From a virus: a stretch of 64,000 nucleotides of DNA. The notes below the pieces were generated by a model that did not search any database, was not told the origin of the DNA, and saw only the letters and a list, made by a program, of their open reading frames with translations. Below, piece after piece: positions 40,459 to 48,926 of the stretch. How positions within the stretch are numbered: position 1 is the first letter of the stretch; each line of letters opens with the position of its first letter. Location: the IMG/VR virus record IMGVR_UViG_3300045988_049479, positions 117,652-181,651 of that record; one strand, given 5' to 3'. The position numbers were made by a program, and so were the translations under genes.

Positions 40459-40533
40459 GCAGGTGTGGTGTTAATGGATTGAGCACGCCAGACTTCCAAT
40501 CTGGAGGGGAGAGTTCGAGTCTCTCTACCTGCA
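40459..40533 (+). tRNA. tRNA-Gly(TCC)
   Basis: Acceptor gcaggtg/tacctgc; anticodon arm ccaga-CTTCCAA-tctgg. Confidence 0.75.
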
Positions 40534-40538
40534 CATTT

Positions 40539-40610
40539 GTGGGTATAGCACAATGGTTAGTGCATCGGCTTGCCATGCCGAGGATGTGAGTTCGATTCTC
40601 ATTATCCACT
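40539..40610 (+). tRNA. tRNA-Gly(GCC)
   Basis: Acceptor gtgggta/tatccac; anticodon arm tcggc-TTGCCAT-gccga. Confidence 0.75.
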
Positions 40611-40614
40611 CTTT

Positions 40615-40696
40615 TCCGATTTAGCTCAGTATGGTAGAGCGCCCATACCAATAAAGCATTAGTGGGAGGTCAGAGGTTCAAATCCTTTAATCGGAA
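40615..40696 (+). tRNA. tRNA-like gene (82 nt) with good acceptor, D and T arms but an unresolvable anticodon arm (gcccataccaataaagcattagtgggag)
   Basis: Acceptor tccgatt/aatcgga pairs perfectly. D-arm gctc-agtatggta-gagc. T-arm agagg-ttcaaat-ccttt. I could not fold the middle segment into a 5-bp stem with a 7-nt loop. Confidence 0.35.
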
Positions 40697-40782
40697 CGAC
40701 GAAACAAGGCTCCACAGCAGTTACAAGTTGTAACTGGTCTTATCTCCGAATAGCTAGTCTTACGGGGTGGAGAAGTAGTCAC

Positions 40783-40857
40783 CTCGGTGTACCAGAGTGG
40801 TTTAATGGCTCAGACTGCAAATCTGCTGATTCGTCAGTTCGAATCTGACCACCGAGT
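40783..40857 (+). tRNA. tRNA-Cys-like (GCA), second copy with a weaker anticodon stem
   Basis: Acceptor ctcggtg/caccgag pairs perfectly. T-arm gtcag-ttcgaat-ctgac. Loop CTGCAAA with only a 4-bp stem. Confidence 0.5.
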
Positions 40858-40992
40858 CTCGACGTGCAAGTCTTTTAACTACAAATAGTTAACGTGTCTG
40901 GTTACGTTATCACCCAGTCGTCACCTACGGTTAGAAGGCGTCCCTTATCGTGAAAGGCATCCCTGAGTAGCGGATGTAAATTAGCTACTAAT

Positions 40993-41073
40993 ATCGTGGA
41001 GTAGAGAAGTTGGTCATCTCGCTAGGCTCATAACCTAGAAATCGTCATAAACGGTTCGAATCCTACCTCCGCA
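40993..41073 (+). pseudogene. Degenerate tRNA-like element; CAT anticodon arm (ctagg-CTCATAA-cctag) intact but T-stem and acceptor do not pair
   Basis: The D-stem gaga/tctc and the anticodon arm are fine. The 5' T-stem reads aacgg against cctac, and no complementary acceptor could be found. Confidence 0.3.
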
Positions 41074-41316
41074 ACTAAACTCCTTTTGTGGCTCTGTTAT
41101 TAGATTAATTATTAACAATTTTAAACTTTAATGTTATGAAGAAAGTAATTAATGTTGTAAAGAAAGCTGCTAAATGGTATTTTGAACAGAGTTCTAAGAA
41201 CTACACTTGGTTAGTGTCTGGAACAATACCTCCTCCATACAGAGGACAAGAGTAAAAATATCATTAAAAGGTAAGTACCAATGGGGTACTTACAGATGTC
41301 TGGGAGGAAATAATAT

Positions 41317-41401
41317 GTATGGTTAGCCAAGTGGCCGACGGCAGCGGGCTGTTAACCCGCCGTGAGAAATCCCATCGCAGGTTCGAATCCTGCACCATAC
41401 G
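41317..41401 (+). tRNA. Type II-sized tRNA (85 nt) with anticodon GTT (Asn codons) and a 16-nt unpaired variable region; atypical
   Basis: Acceptor gtatggt/accatac pairs perfectly. Anticodon arm gcggg-CTGTTAA-cccgc pairs perfectly. T-arm gcagg-ttcgaat-cctgc. Confidence 0.5.
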
Positions 41402-41561
41402 CCTTTTTGCTGAACCCTCCTTAGTTTTTAACTAAGCAATAGTAATCCAGCAAACTCTAGACCGATGTGAGGAAGAGAGTCGTCTAGACGGTAGCTAGCA
41501 CTGTAGTACGCAATGGTGGAATAGAAACGGCTAGCATCCACCAATTTTTAATTAATTAGAT

Positions 41562-41927
41562 ATGATAGTACAACCTATTGGAAAGTTTAAACTTACTTAT
41601 GCAAATGGTATAAGTCAAGTTAAGCTGTTAATAACTCAGGAAGACTACAAGTCTATTGTCAAACCTATATTAGATAATATAGCTGAGTTAGAGGCACAGC
41701 GAAGTGGGATTAATAAAAAGAGTAAAAGGTATAAGGAAATTTCGGAAAAGCTTAGAGAACTGAAAAAACCTATATCGGAACTTGGAGAGTTTTTTACAAG
41801 CACGTCTCCTCTTGGATTAGCACTATGGAGTAGTCGCTTCCCAAACTTGATACTTCCGCCTCAACAAGGCGGTGGACATTTTGTTAGATTTGAAAAACTA
41901 GATTTGTATGAAGATAAGGAAGGTTAA
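41562..41927 (+). CDS. Hypothetical protein
   Basis: Tracker ORF of 121 aa. Confidence 0.4.
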   Translation: MIVQPIGKFKLTYANGISQVKLLITQEDYKSIVKPILDNIAELEAQRSGINKKSKRYKEISEKLRELKKPISELGEFFTSTSPLGLALWSSRFPNLILPPQQGGGHFVRFEKLDLYEDKEG

Positions 41928-42626
41928 CTCTACTATCAAAAGACGAGTTCTTAGGGAAGTGTCTAGAGAGTGTAGAAAGAGGAATATGATGGACAAGAAA
42001 GGTGAAATTCCAAATGATATTAAGGACATATGGGAAGCGATTAAAGTATTAACAAAGAGAAATAAACAATTTGCTGTTAGATATGCATCAATGTGATTAT
42101 TGTTGTTGGTATAATCCTGCCAGTGGGTGCTGTGATTGTCCATACGTAATGAGACGGAAAGCGTGTGAGAAGGCTCGTAAACAGAAAGAAGAAAATGAAA
42201 AGCCTAGAAAGTTATAGCATATTTACTAAGCCTAAACTATCTAATCCTGTATCATGGGAGGATATGAAAGAATTTAATACCCATATGAAGGAAGTAGTTA
42301 GAGACTATAAGATTAGGCAAGCTAAAGCTAGAGAAAGCGCTAAGAAAGTAATTATTAAGTAAATACTAACCTGGCAAGGTAAAAATCCAGTCGGGGTCTG
42401 TTAGCATTTATGCTAATAAGTCGAAGCCAGTCCCTGCGTAGTTATAATAGGCAAGCTGAACTTGAGAATTGTTAAACGGATGGTTGCCGTTAAAAGATAT
42501 ATAGTTACAAACTTATGTATCCAGAATATAACTAACTAAAGACTTATCTGGTGATGTTAGGTTATGGAATCCTAACAGTGGAAATTTATGAGTTATGTCA
42601 CCAATTAAAAAGAAAATCTCAAACAT

Positions 42627-42699
42627 GGGCCGTTAGCTCAAATGGCTAGAGCGCTGGTTTTGCACACCGGAAGATAGGGTTCGAGTCCCTGCGTGTCCA
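42627..42699 (+). tRNA. tRNA-Ala(TGC)-like with G3.U70 but mismatched acceptor base pairs 5 to 7 (possibly decayed)
   Basis: Anticodon arm ctggt-TTTGCAC-accgg; T-arm taggg-ttcgagt-ccctg; acceptor gggccgt versus cgtgtcc. Confidence 0.4.
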
Positions 42700-42906
42700 C
42701 AACAAAATTAAATAATTATGAAAGTATACGTAGTCGTAGTGAACCATCATCCAGCTAATGCGCCTCAGAACTATAAAACTGAGTGTCAGATATTTCTGGA
42801 TAAAAAGGAAGCCGAAGGCTATAAGAAAGCCAAGGAAGAAGAATATCCCATACGTTGGGGAGGTGAATACAATCATTGTGAAATATTTAAAAAACATTTG
42901 TAATAT

Positions 42907-42978
42907 CGCGGGGTGTTAGCAGAGGTAGCTAGTCAGGCTCATAACCTGAAGGTCGAGGGTTCGAGTCCCTCTCCCGCT
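42907..42978 (+). tRNA. tRNA-Met(CAT), initiator-like (position 1-72 mismatch)
   Basis: Anticodon arm tcagg-CTCATAA-cctga; T-arm gaggg-ttcgagt-ccctc; acceptor cgcgggg/tcccgct with a C1 x U72 mismatch. Confidence 0.55.
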
Positions 42979-43012
42979 ACTAGTAATTAATTAGATACTT
43001 AATTTTTAGATT

Positions 43013-43438
43013 ATGAATTACGAAAATCTTACCAAAGAAACTCTCCCTGTAGAGTTTCAAAACAGAATCGAACGATTTAATCGTCTATTCTCAGCTGCAA
43101 CCGACCATTCCTTCGAAGAGGATGACTTGTTTGAGTATGAAATGTTATGTATAAAGCAGGCTCTTTCATTCTCGGAATTTTTCCAAGATTTCGGTGATGA
43201 ACAGTATCAAGACTTCTTGAAGCAATATGAGAGCTTATACGACTTAGTTGATGCTATTAAGGACAAACTTCAGTTCTTTGATAACGGACATACTGGAAAC
43301 TCTATGAGCATGAGTTGGCTTTTATTCCGAACTTATCGAGAAAGACCGGAATTAGTTCCGTATATGCACGGATGCTTGGCTCAGCTCGTTGGGGATGAAG
43401 GCTATTATGATGACCGTTCAGATGTTCCAGAACTATGA
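43013..43438 (+). CDS. Hypothetical acidic protein
   Basis: Tracker ORF of 141 aa. Confidence 0.4.
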   Translation: MNYENLTKETLPVEFQNRIERFNRLFSAATDHSFEEDDLFEYEMLCIKQALSFSEFFQDFGDEQYQDFLKQYESLYDLVDAIKDKLQFFDNGHTGNSMSMSWLLFRTYRERPELVPYMHGCLAQLVGDEGYYDDRSDVPEL

Positions 43439-43731
43439 GCGTAATACAACAGGTCTACTTAGCCGAATCAGGTAGTTCTATTTACATAAAGGGAATTAAA
43501 CCTGATAAAGAGAATGAATATTCTGGTGAGATTACTCTAAACGGTAATCCCACTAGATTAGAAAGAAAAGAACGTTACCATATAAGTAACGGTATGCTTG
43601 TTACAGATAGTTATCATATCCCTATGGAGTTCATTATTAGCTTCTTGCAGGCTAACGGATGTGTTCAAGAAGGAGAAGATGGCAAGTCGTATGTTGTTTT
43701 AAGAGAAGTAGAATTTAAATTGAATAACTAA
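43435..43731 (+). CDS. Hypothetical protein
   Basis: Tracker ORF of 98 aa. Confidence 0.35.
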   Translation: MSVIQQVYLAESGSSIYIKGIKPDKENEYSGEITLNGNPTRLERKERYHISNGMLVTDSYHIPMEFIISFLQANGCVQEGEDGKSYVVLREVEFKLNN

Positions 43732-44312
43732 TGTTATCAGTATTATATAGCGAATATAAGCTGTGGGGTTGTCCTAATTGTGGGTGCGATTCCGTTATAA
43801 GTAGTGGAGTTTCTGGAGGAGGTCTAACATCTGGAACTTGTAGACATTGCAAGTTAAAATTTGAAGTTAGAAGCGAAAATCCAATGGGAATAGTCAAATA
43901 TGGCGGCCATCCAGAAAATCCCTCAGACCCGAAATCTAAATGGGTTATGGAAAGCGCAATCAAAATTGAACATCCTAGAAAAGGTATTCCTGCATGGAAT
44001 TGGGAACCAGTTGACGAACGTCCAGAAGAAGGAGAATATTGGAACTCTCGCGGTCCTGGCTATCCAGATGTTTCTGGCTTTGTAAAGACTAAAGCTGCTG
44101 GTGAGCGTATTCTAGCTATGGTGCATGAAGTGTTAGGAACTGACAAGTGTAAGACTTATCTAGATTTCAGACCAAGTGAACCAACGTGGATTCAATTCAA
44201 ATTTCATAAAGACGAGTTTGATATAGAGAAACTAGATTCTCTTACTCGTGATAGTGGAATAATTACTAAAGACATAATCAAACAATGTATTTATGGCAAA
44301 AGTAGTAAATAG
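43731..44312 (+). CDS. Zinc-ribbon containing hypothetical protein
   Basis: Tracker ORF of 193 aa with CPNCGC...CRHC. Confidence 0.4.
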   Translation: MLSVLYSEYKLWGCPNCGCDSVISSGVSGGGLTSGTCRHCKLKFEVRSENPMGIVKYGGHPENPSDPKSKWVMESAIKIEHPRKGIPAWNWEPVDERPEEGEYWNSRGPGYPDVSGFVKTKAAGERILAMVHEVLGTDKCKTYLDFRPSEPTWIQFKFHKDEFDIEKLDSLTRDSGIITKDIIKQCIYGKSSK

Positions 44313-44584
44313 GGCCTCTGATATAATCCAACTTAAAGACCTAAAGGATGGAGAATTTGCAGAAGTGATAGAATGGTTTGAGGATGGAACAGTATCTAAC
44401 GGAGATATAATTCAAAGATGTGGACTTGCACTATTTATATTAGGAAGTTGTTCTTACTATCCTGAGATATTTAGTAAGGGTGCTAGAGACTATACTAATA
44501 CTAAGTTACGAACACTACCTGAGGGTACAACTATAATGTTATAATTTCTTTTTCCAGTTTTCTAATTAAAGATAAACTGGGTAT

Positions 44585-45158
44585 GGGCCTACTTGGATTT
44601 GACAGGCGATTACAAATTATAAGGACGTGTAGAGCGCAATCTCTTTAAACGAAGGAAAAACAATAAATGCTACTTATAGCGAAGTAAGAATGGCAGCCTA
44701 AGCTGCTGGCTTGTTGGTAGACACTATTAACTAAGTCGGGTTACAGGAGAGACCTAGAAACAGAAGAGGTTGAGTATATTGATATAATGGAGAGCTAGGC
44801 TCTAATCCTAGTAATATACTCTTAATCGGAACACTCTAAGAGTTAGTAAGACTGAATCTCCTATGTCATAAAACAGATGGAAGATGTGTTCCATGAGATG
44901 TGACGAATCTCTAAAGTATCATCCCGTTCTCCAACGTAAAATGGAGTGGTGGAGCGACCGTTCGGTCAAGCCCAGTTTGGTAGTTTGTGAACAACTAAGT
45001 CGTAGCCTTACGAGGAGACGTAATTGGTGAATTAACACTCGGCTTCTTAGTAAAACTACCTACATGCTGAACTCAACAGCTGATGTAATAAAAATGAGAC
45101 GCACGTTATCCTTGTAACGAGGGTTGTTTGGACACGGGTTCGACTCCCGTTAGGTCCA
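44585..45158 (+). ncRNA. ssrA: tmRNA (ssrA)-like RNA with G3.U70 acceptor; putative tag ORF at 44636-44701 ends TAA
   Basis: The 5' end gggccta-cttggatttgacaggcg matches the conserved tmRNA 5' pattern (GGGG..UGGAUUCGAC.GG). The 3' end ggacacgggttcgactcccgt-taggtcc-a forms a T-arm plus an acceptor complementary to the 5' end. There is no ORF of 60 aa or more in the 1 kb region. A frame GCA...ATG GCA GCC TAA follows a UAGAGC resume-like context and gives AISLNEGKTINATYSEVRMAA. Confidence 0.55.
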
Positions 45159-45247
45159 CATTCTTTGTAGCAATTCCTGGCACGGGAGGTATCCTGATAT
45201 AAAGATACTTACAAATGTGCATTTTGCACGGTGGTACAAAGAGAAAT

Positions 45248-45321
45248 AGGGCTATAGCTCAACTGGTTAGAGCACCACACTGATAATGTGGAGGTTATCA
45301 GTTCAAGTCTGATTAGCCCTA
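45248..45321 (+). tRNA. tRNA-Ile(GAT)
   Basis: Acceptor agggcta/tagccct; anticodon arm ccaca-CTGATAA-tgtgg. Confidence 0.8.
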
Positions 45322-45388
45322 CAAAACCGCCAGCTCACGCGGTATATAAGAAAGGATTGCCGGACTCGCAGGTGTAACGAGATAAATA

Positions 45389-45461
45389 CCTGCATTTTCG
45401 AGGCTGTGGTGTAATGGCTTGCATATCACACTGTCACTGTGAAGGTTGGGGTTCGAATCCC
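45389..45461 (+). tRNA. tRNA-Asp(GTC)
   Basis: Acceptor cgaggct/agtctcg; anticodon arm tcaca-CTGTCAC-tgtga. Confidence 0.7.
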
Positions 45462-45468
45462 CCAGTCT

Positions 45469-45541
45469 CGGCATTTATTCCCCTGTAGTTTAGTTGGTTA
45501 GAACACGTGATTTGTAATCTCGAGACCTCGGTTCGAATCCG
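45469..45541 (+). tRNA. tRNA-Thr(TGT)
   Basis: Acceptor tcccctg/tggggga; anticodon loop TTTGTAA; T-arm ctcgg-ttcgaat-ccgag. Confidence 0.65.
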
Positions 45542-45578
45542 AGTGGGGGATCTTAACCATTAAATTAGATTAATTTTT

Positions 45579-46253
45579 ATGACTAGATTGGAAAAGTATT
45601 TAGTAGCAACTGCTACTGAGATTATCGAAGCGGAAACAACTGTTTCTCGCTACTTTGTCATTGGAAACGTCAAAGTTAGAGTATCAGACCATTTAAGTAA
45701 AATGAGTGATGCAGACTTACAAGTGATTATTCCATTGAACGGAGGGACTAAGTATATAGTTACTGTTAAAGACAGTCCTGGAAAATTTCTTGTGTGGAAT
45801 GCAACTCAAATAAAAGACTTTATTCCTTCATTGCAGATTATTAAGGGCTTGAAGGAAGGAGTGCAACTTAAGCCAAAACCTAAAGACTCTGCAGTTCAGA
45901 AGATTCAGCTAGCATTAAATAATAGTAATACCGATGGAGGTTCGTTAACGTTTGATGGTACTATTATTGAGTCTAGATTGAAAGAAAAGCAACTTACTTC
46001 CAAACAGCGGGAAGTTTTCAGGAGAACTAAATCTACTTGGGACATTTCTCAGATTGGAACATTACCCAGTATGATTAAAGTAGATTTGGGATTGTCAAAT
46101 GGTTCTGTAAACGAAGATGTGCAGATATTTCTAACTTGTACATCTTTAACCTACAAAGAAATTCTGAACATTTATAAAATAATAGTTGTTGATAACCATA
46201 TGGTTCCAACTATTAAACTGTTGCAAGAAGCTTATAGCTTGATTGTGCAGTAG
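45579..46253 (+). CDS. Hypothetical protein
   Basis: Tracker ORF of 224 aa. Confidence 0.45.
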   Translation: MTRLEKYLVATATEIIEAETTVSRYFVIGNVKVRVSDHLSKMSDADLQVIIPLNGGTKYIVTVKDSPGKFLVWNATQIKDFIPSLQIIKGLKEGVQLKPKPKDSAVQKIQLALNNSNTDGGSLTFDGTIIESRLKEKQLTSKQREVFRRTKSTWDISQIGTLPSMIKVDLGLSNGSVNEDVQIFLTCTSLTYKEILNIYKIIVVDNHMVPTIKLLQEAYSLIVQ

Positions 46254-46256
46254 GAT

Positions 46257-46328
46257 AGCGCCATCATCTAATGGTTAGGATTCAGGCTTTTCACGCCTGC
46301 CATACGGGTTCGAATCCCGTTGGCGTTA
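46257..46328 (+). tRNA. tRNA-Glu(TTC)
   Basis: Anticodon arm caggc-TTTTCAC-gcctg; T-arm acggg-ttcgaat-cccgt. Confidence 0.75.
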
Positions 46329-46385
46329 CTATGTACCCCAGCAGCGGAAGTTGTTGGGGTATTTTTTGTTTAATATAATTAATAA

Positions 46386-46706
46386 TTGATGAGAAAAACA
46401 TTTGAGTTTGTAAAGGTTGGAGGAGTCTGGTTCTATTGGTGGCCAGATTACGACGGAACACCAGAGGAACTAGCAATGGTTGGTGGTGCAGATGAACTTC
46501 TTGATTCTCTAGATAATAAGTTTGTTAGATTGAAGATGGTTGACCCAGCTGCAGCTAAGATAACGTTGTCTAAAATTGAGGAGGATGAATGTGGAGCAAC
46601 TTACTTATGCAAAAGTAAGAATTACAATGACAGGGTATGGATTTGTGCTGTAACTCTATCAGTATTCGGGGAATATCCTCAAAATATTTACCTAAAAGAT
46701 ATGTAA
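46386..46706 (+). CDS. Hypothetical protein
   Basis: Tracker ORF of 106 aa. Confidence 0.4.
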   Translation: MMRKTFEFVKVGGVWFYWWPDYDGTPEELAMVGGADELLDSLDNKFVRLKMVDPAAAKITLSKIEEDECGATYLCKSKNYNDRVWICAVTLSVFGEYPQNIYLKDM

Positions 46707-46709
46707 AAA

Positions 46710-47135
46710 ATGAAAACGTTAAATGAGATTTTAGACAATTACAAAGACTATGCCGTAGTTCTCGATGACCGTTTCGGTTCTAGATTAGCAAAGTTTTTAA
46801 CAGAAGAGCAGTTAGAAAAAATAGGCTTCAAGTACGATGGTGATGAGCCTTATCCAGAGCCTAAGGAATGGACTAGAGAGAATATCCTAGAGCAACTTAA
46901 GTCTGATGTAGAGTTTGGTTTTGAGAAGGCTTTAGACCAGAGAGGCATTTCAGCTAGCCTAATGTTCTACGTGGTACTAAGATGGAATCAAGTTCTAGAA
47001 GAGGGCTTAGAGAATTATCCTGAAGAGAATTATGCTATGTATGGGTTGCCTTTGTTTAAGGCTACTGCTGTAAAGTACGGATGGGAGAATCCTATAGGCG
47101 ACGATAATGGGGACGAAGAGTTCTACAATGAGTAG
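46710..47135 (+). CDS. Hypothetical acidic protein
   Basis: Tracker ORF of 141 aa. Confidence 0.4.
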   Translation: MKTLNEILDNYKDYAVVLDDRFGSRLAKFLTEEQLEKIGFKYDGDEPYPEPKEWTRENILEQLKSDVEFGFEKALDQRGISASLMFYVVLRWNQVLEEGLENYPEENYAMYGLPLFKATAVKYGWENPIGDDNGDEEFYNE

Positions 47136-47323
47136 CGCTATGAAGGAATCTTCTATACTTAAAGCAATTTCTGACGCTATTGAAGAATACGAGGAAAATC
47201 AACAAAGACGAATAGACCTGTTAGAGAGTAAAATTCTGCTATTTGAGAGAGAAAGGGAGGCTTTTATTCGGCATTTGAGAGAAGGAAACATTCAATTATT
47301 AAAGGATTATCTAGGAATTAAAG

Positions 47324-47647
47324 ATGAGTAAGTACTATTTAATTAAGGAATGTAATAATATTCCTTTTATCTTAGGACAGTTCGATAGTATTGAAGAGGC
47401 TGAGGCCGCTCTTCCTTCTACAAATAAGAAGGGAGCTAAGCACTTTGTCGTTTGTTCTACAGAGCAATTAAAGTCAGCAAGGGCGGCTATATCCTACTTA
47501 CAAGAAGAACTTAGAAAGAGTCGAGAGGAGGTACGGCAATGGAGGGATTTAGAACTTAAAACAAGGCTAGATTTCTCAAACCAAATCTGTGAATTATCGA
47601 AGATAGCTAATCTAACTGTAGAGGACCTAACTAAAGTATTGTTATGA
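47324..47647 (+). CDS. Hypothetical protein
   Basis: Tracker ORF of 107 aa. Confidence 0.35.
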   Translation: MSKYYLIKECNNIPFILGQFDSIEEAEAALPSTNKKGAKHFVVCSTEQLKSARAAISYLQEELRKSREEVRQWRDLELKTRLDFSNQICELSKIANLTVEDLTKVLL

Positions 47648-48100
47648 TAGTAAGTTCTCCTTTTGATAAAGATTTGCTTGGACATGAGATAAGGGGTGTA
47701 AATACATCTTACTACGGACTTTCTGCATTGCAGGCTGTAATAAATCATGACGGAATCCGTCAAGATATTGCAAAATATATGTATAGAGACTGCATTGTAG
47801 ATGGAGGACGAAAAGGAGTAATCATAGGATTTGAGGATAATAATCAATTCTTTGATTACTACTATATAGTCTATGTACCAGAGCTAAATACTACTGTATA
47901 TCAATTAGCTAATGATGCGAGATTTATTAATTCAATTGAGATATGAAAGTATATTATATTTCAATTCCCACGGCATATGACGGGCAAGTCCCTATAAACT
48001 ATGAGAAGATCTCTCCTCTTTTTCTAGAGAAGAAAGACGCTATAGAATGGGCGGTAACTCAAAATTACTGGGATATTAGATTAATAGAAGAAGAAGTTTT

Positions 48101-48595
48101 ATGAAAAAGAAAGTTTTAATTATCCTTATGATTAGTATTGTATTCGGATTTGCAACTGGTTATTCTTTGCATCATCTGATACATTTCAATCAGAAACAGG
48201 AGGAAATGGTATTGCTGCCAGAGCATCCATTCTACTTATTGGATGAAGTAAACGAAGAAGTATTGTACAATACTTTGAAGCATTACGATTTTCCAAATCC
48301 AGCAATTATAACAGCTCAGGCTGTTCTGGAATCTGGCAATTTTAAATCGAAACTTTGTAAGGACAATAACAATCTGTTCGGATTGTATAATTCCAGAACA
48401 ATGTCTTACTTCAAGTTCGATAGTTGGATAAGCTGTGTATTCGCTTATAAGCAATTTATCCTTAGTAAGTATAACCCAGAAGAGGATTATTACAAATTCC
48501 TAGACAGAATTGGCTACGCTGAGGATTCCTTGTATGAAAGTAAAGTTAAGGAATTGGAATTAGATATACTTAATAAATATGGAAGCTCAAATTGA
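48101..48595 (+). CDS. Membrane-anchored peptidoglycan hydrolase (GH73-like N-acetylglucosaminidase)
   Basis: N-terminal transmembrane segment. AQAVLESGNFKS...NNLFGLYN resembles the FlgJ/AcmA glucosaminidase motifs (AQAxLESGWG ... NNLFGIK). Confidence 0.5.
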   Translation: MKKKVLIILMISIVFGFATGYSLHHLIHFNQKQEEMVLLPEHPFYLLDEVNEEVLYNTLKHYDFPNPAIITAQAVLESGNFKSKLCKDNNNLFGLYNSRTMSYFKFDSWISCVFAYKQFILSKYNPEEDYYKFLDRIGYAEDSLYESKVKELELDILNKYGSSN

Positions 48596-48926
48596 AGAAG
48601 CTATCAAATTTAGAAAGAAAGCCAATTTCAAGATATTAACTAGATTGAGTCAAATCATTGACCAATATCCTTATCTAAGATTTCACCAAATTCTTATGAT
48701 ATATAAGATTAGTGAGCTGGGAGTGGATAAGTTCAATGAGGAGAGTGTAGAAACTTTGAAGAAGCTAGAGCATGAAATGGTGGAAAAAGGAATTAGTAAG
48801 ATTACTAGTAATAGTTCTGATGGGAACAATACTATTAGTAACTAGGGAAGTAATGGGTTTTGAGACCGCAGTTATGACTGGTCTAACTATTATATTATGC
48901 AATCAAATATTTAACGAATAAAGATT

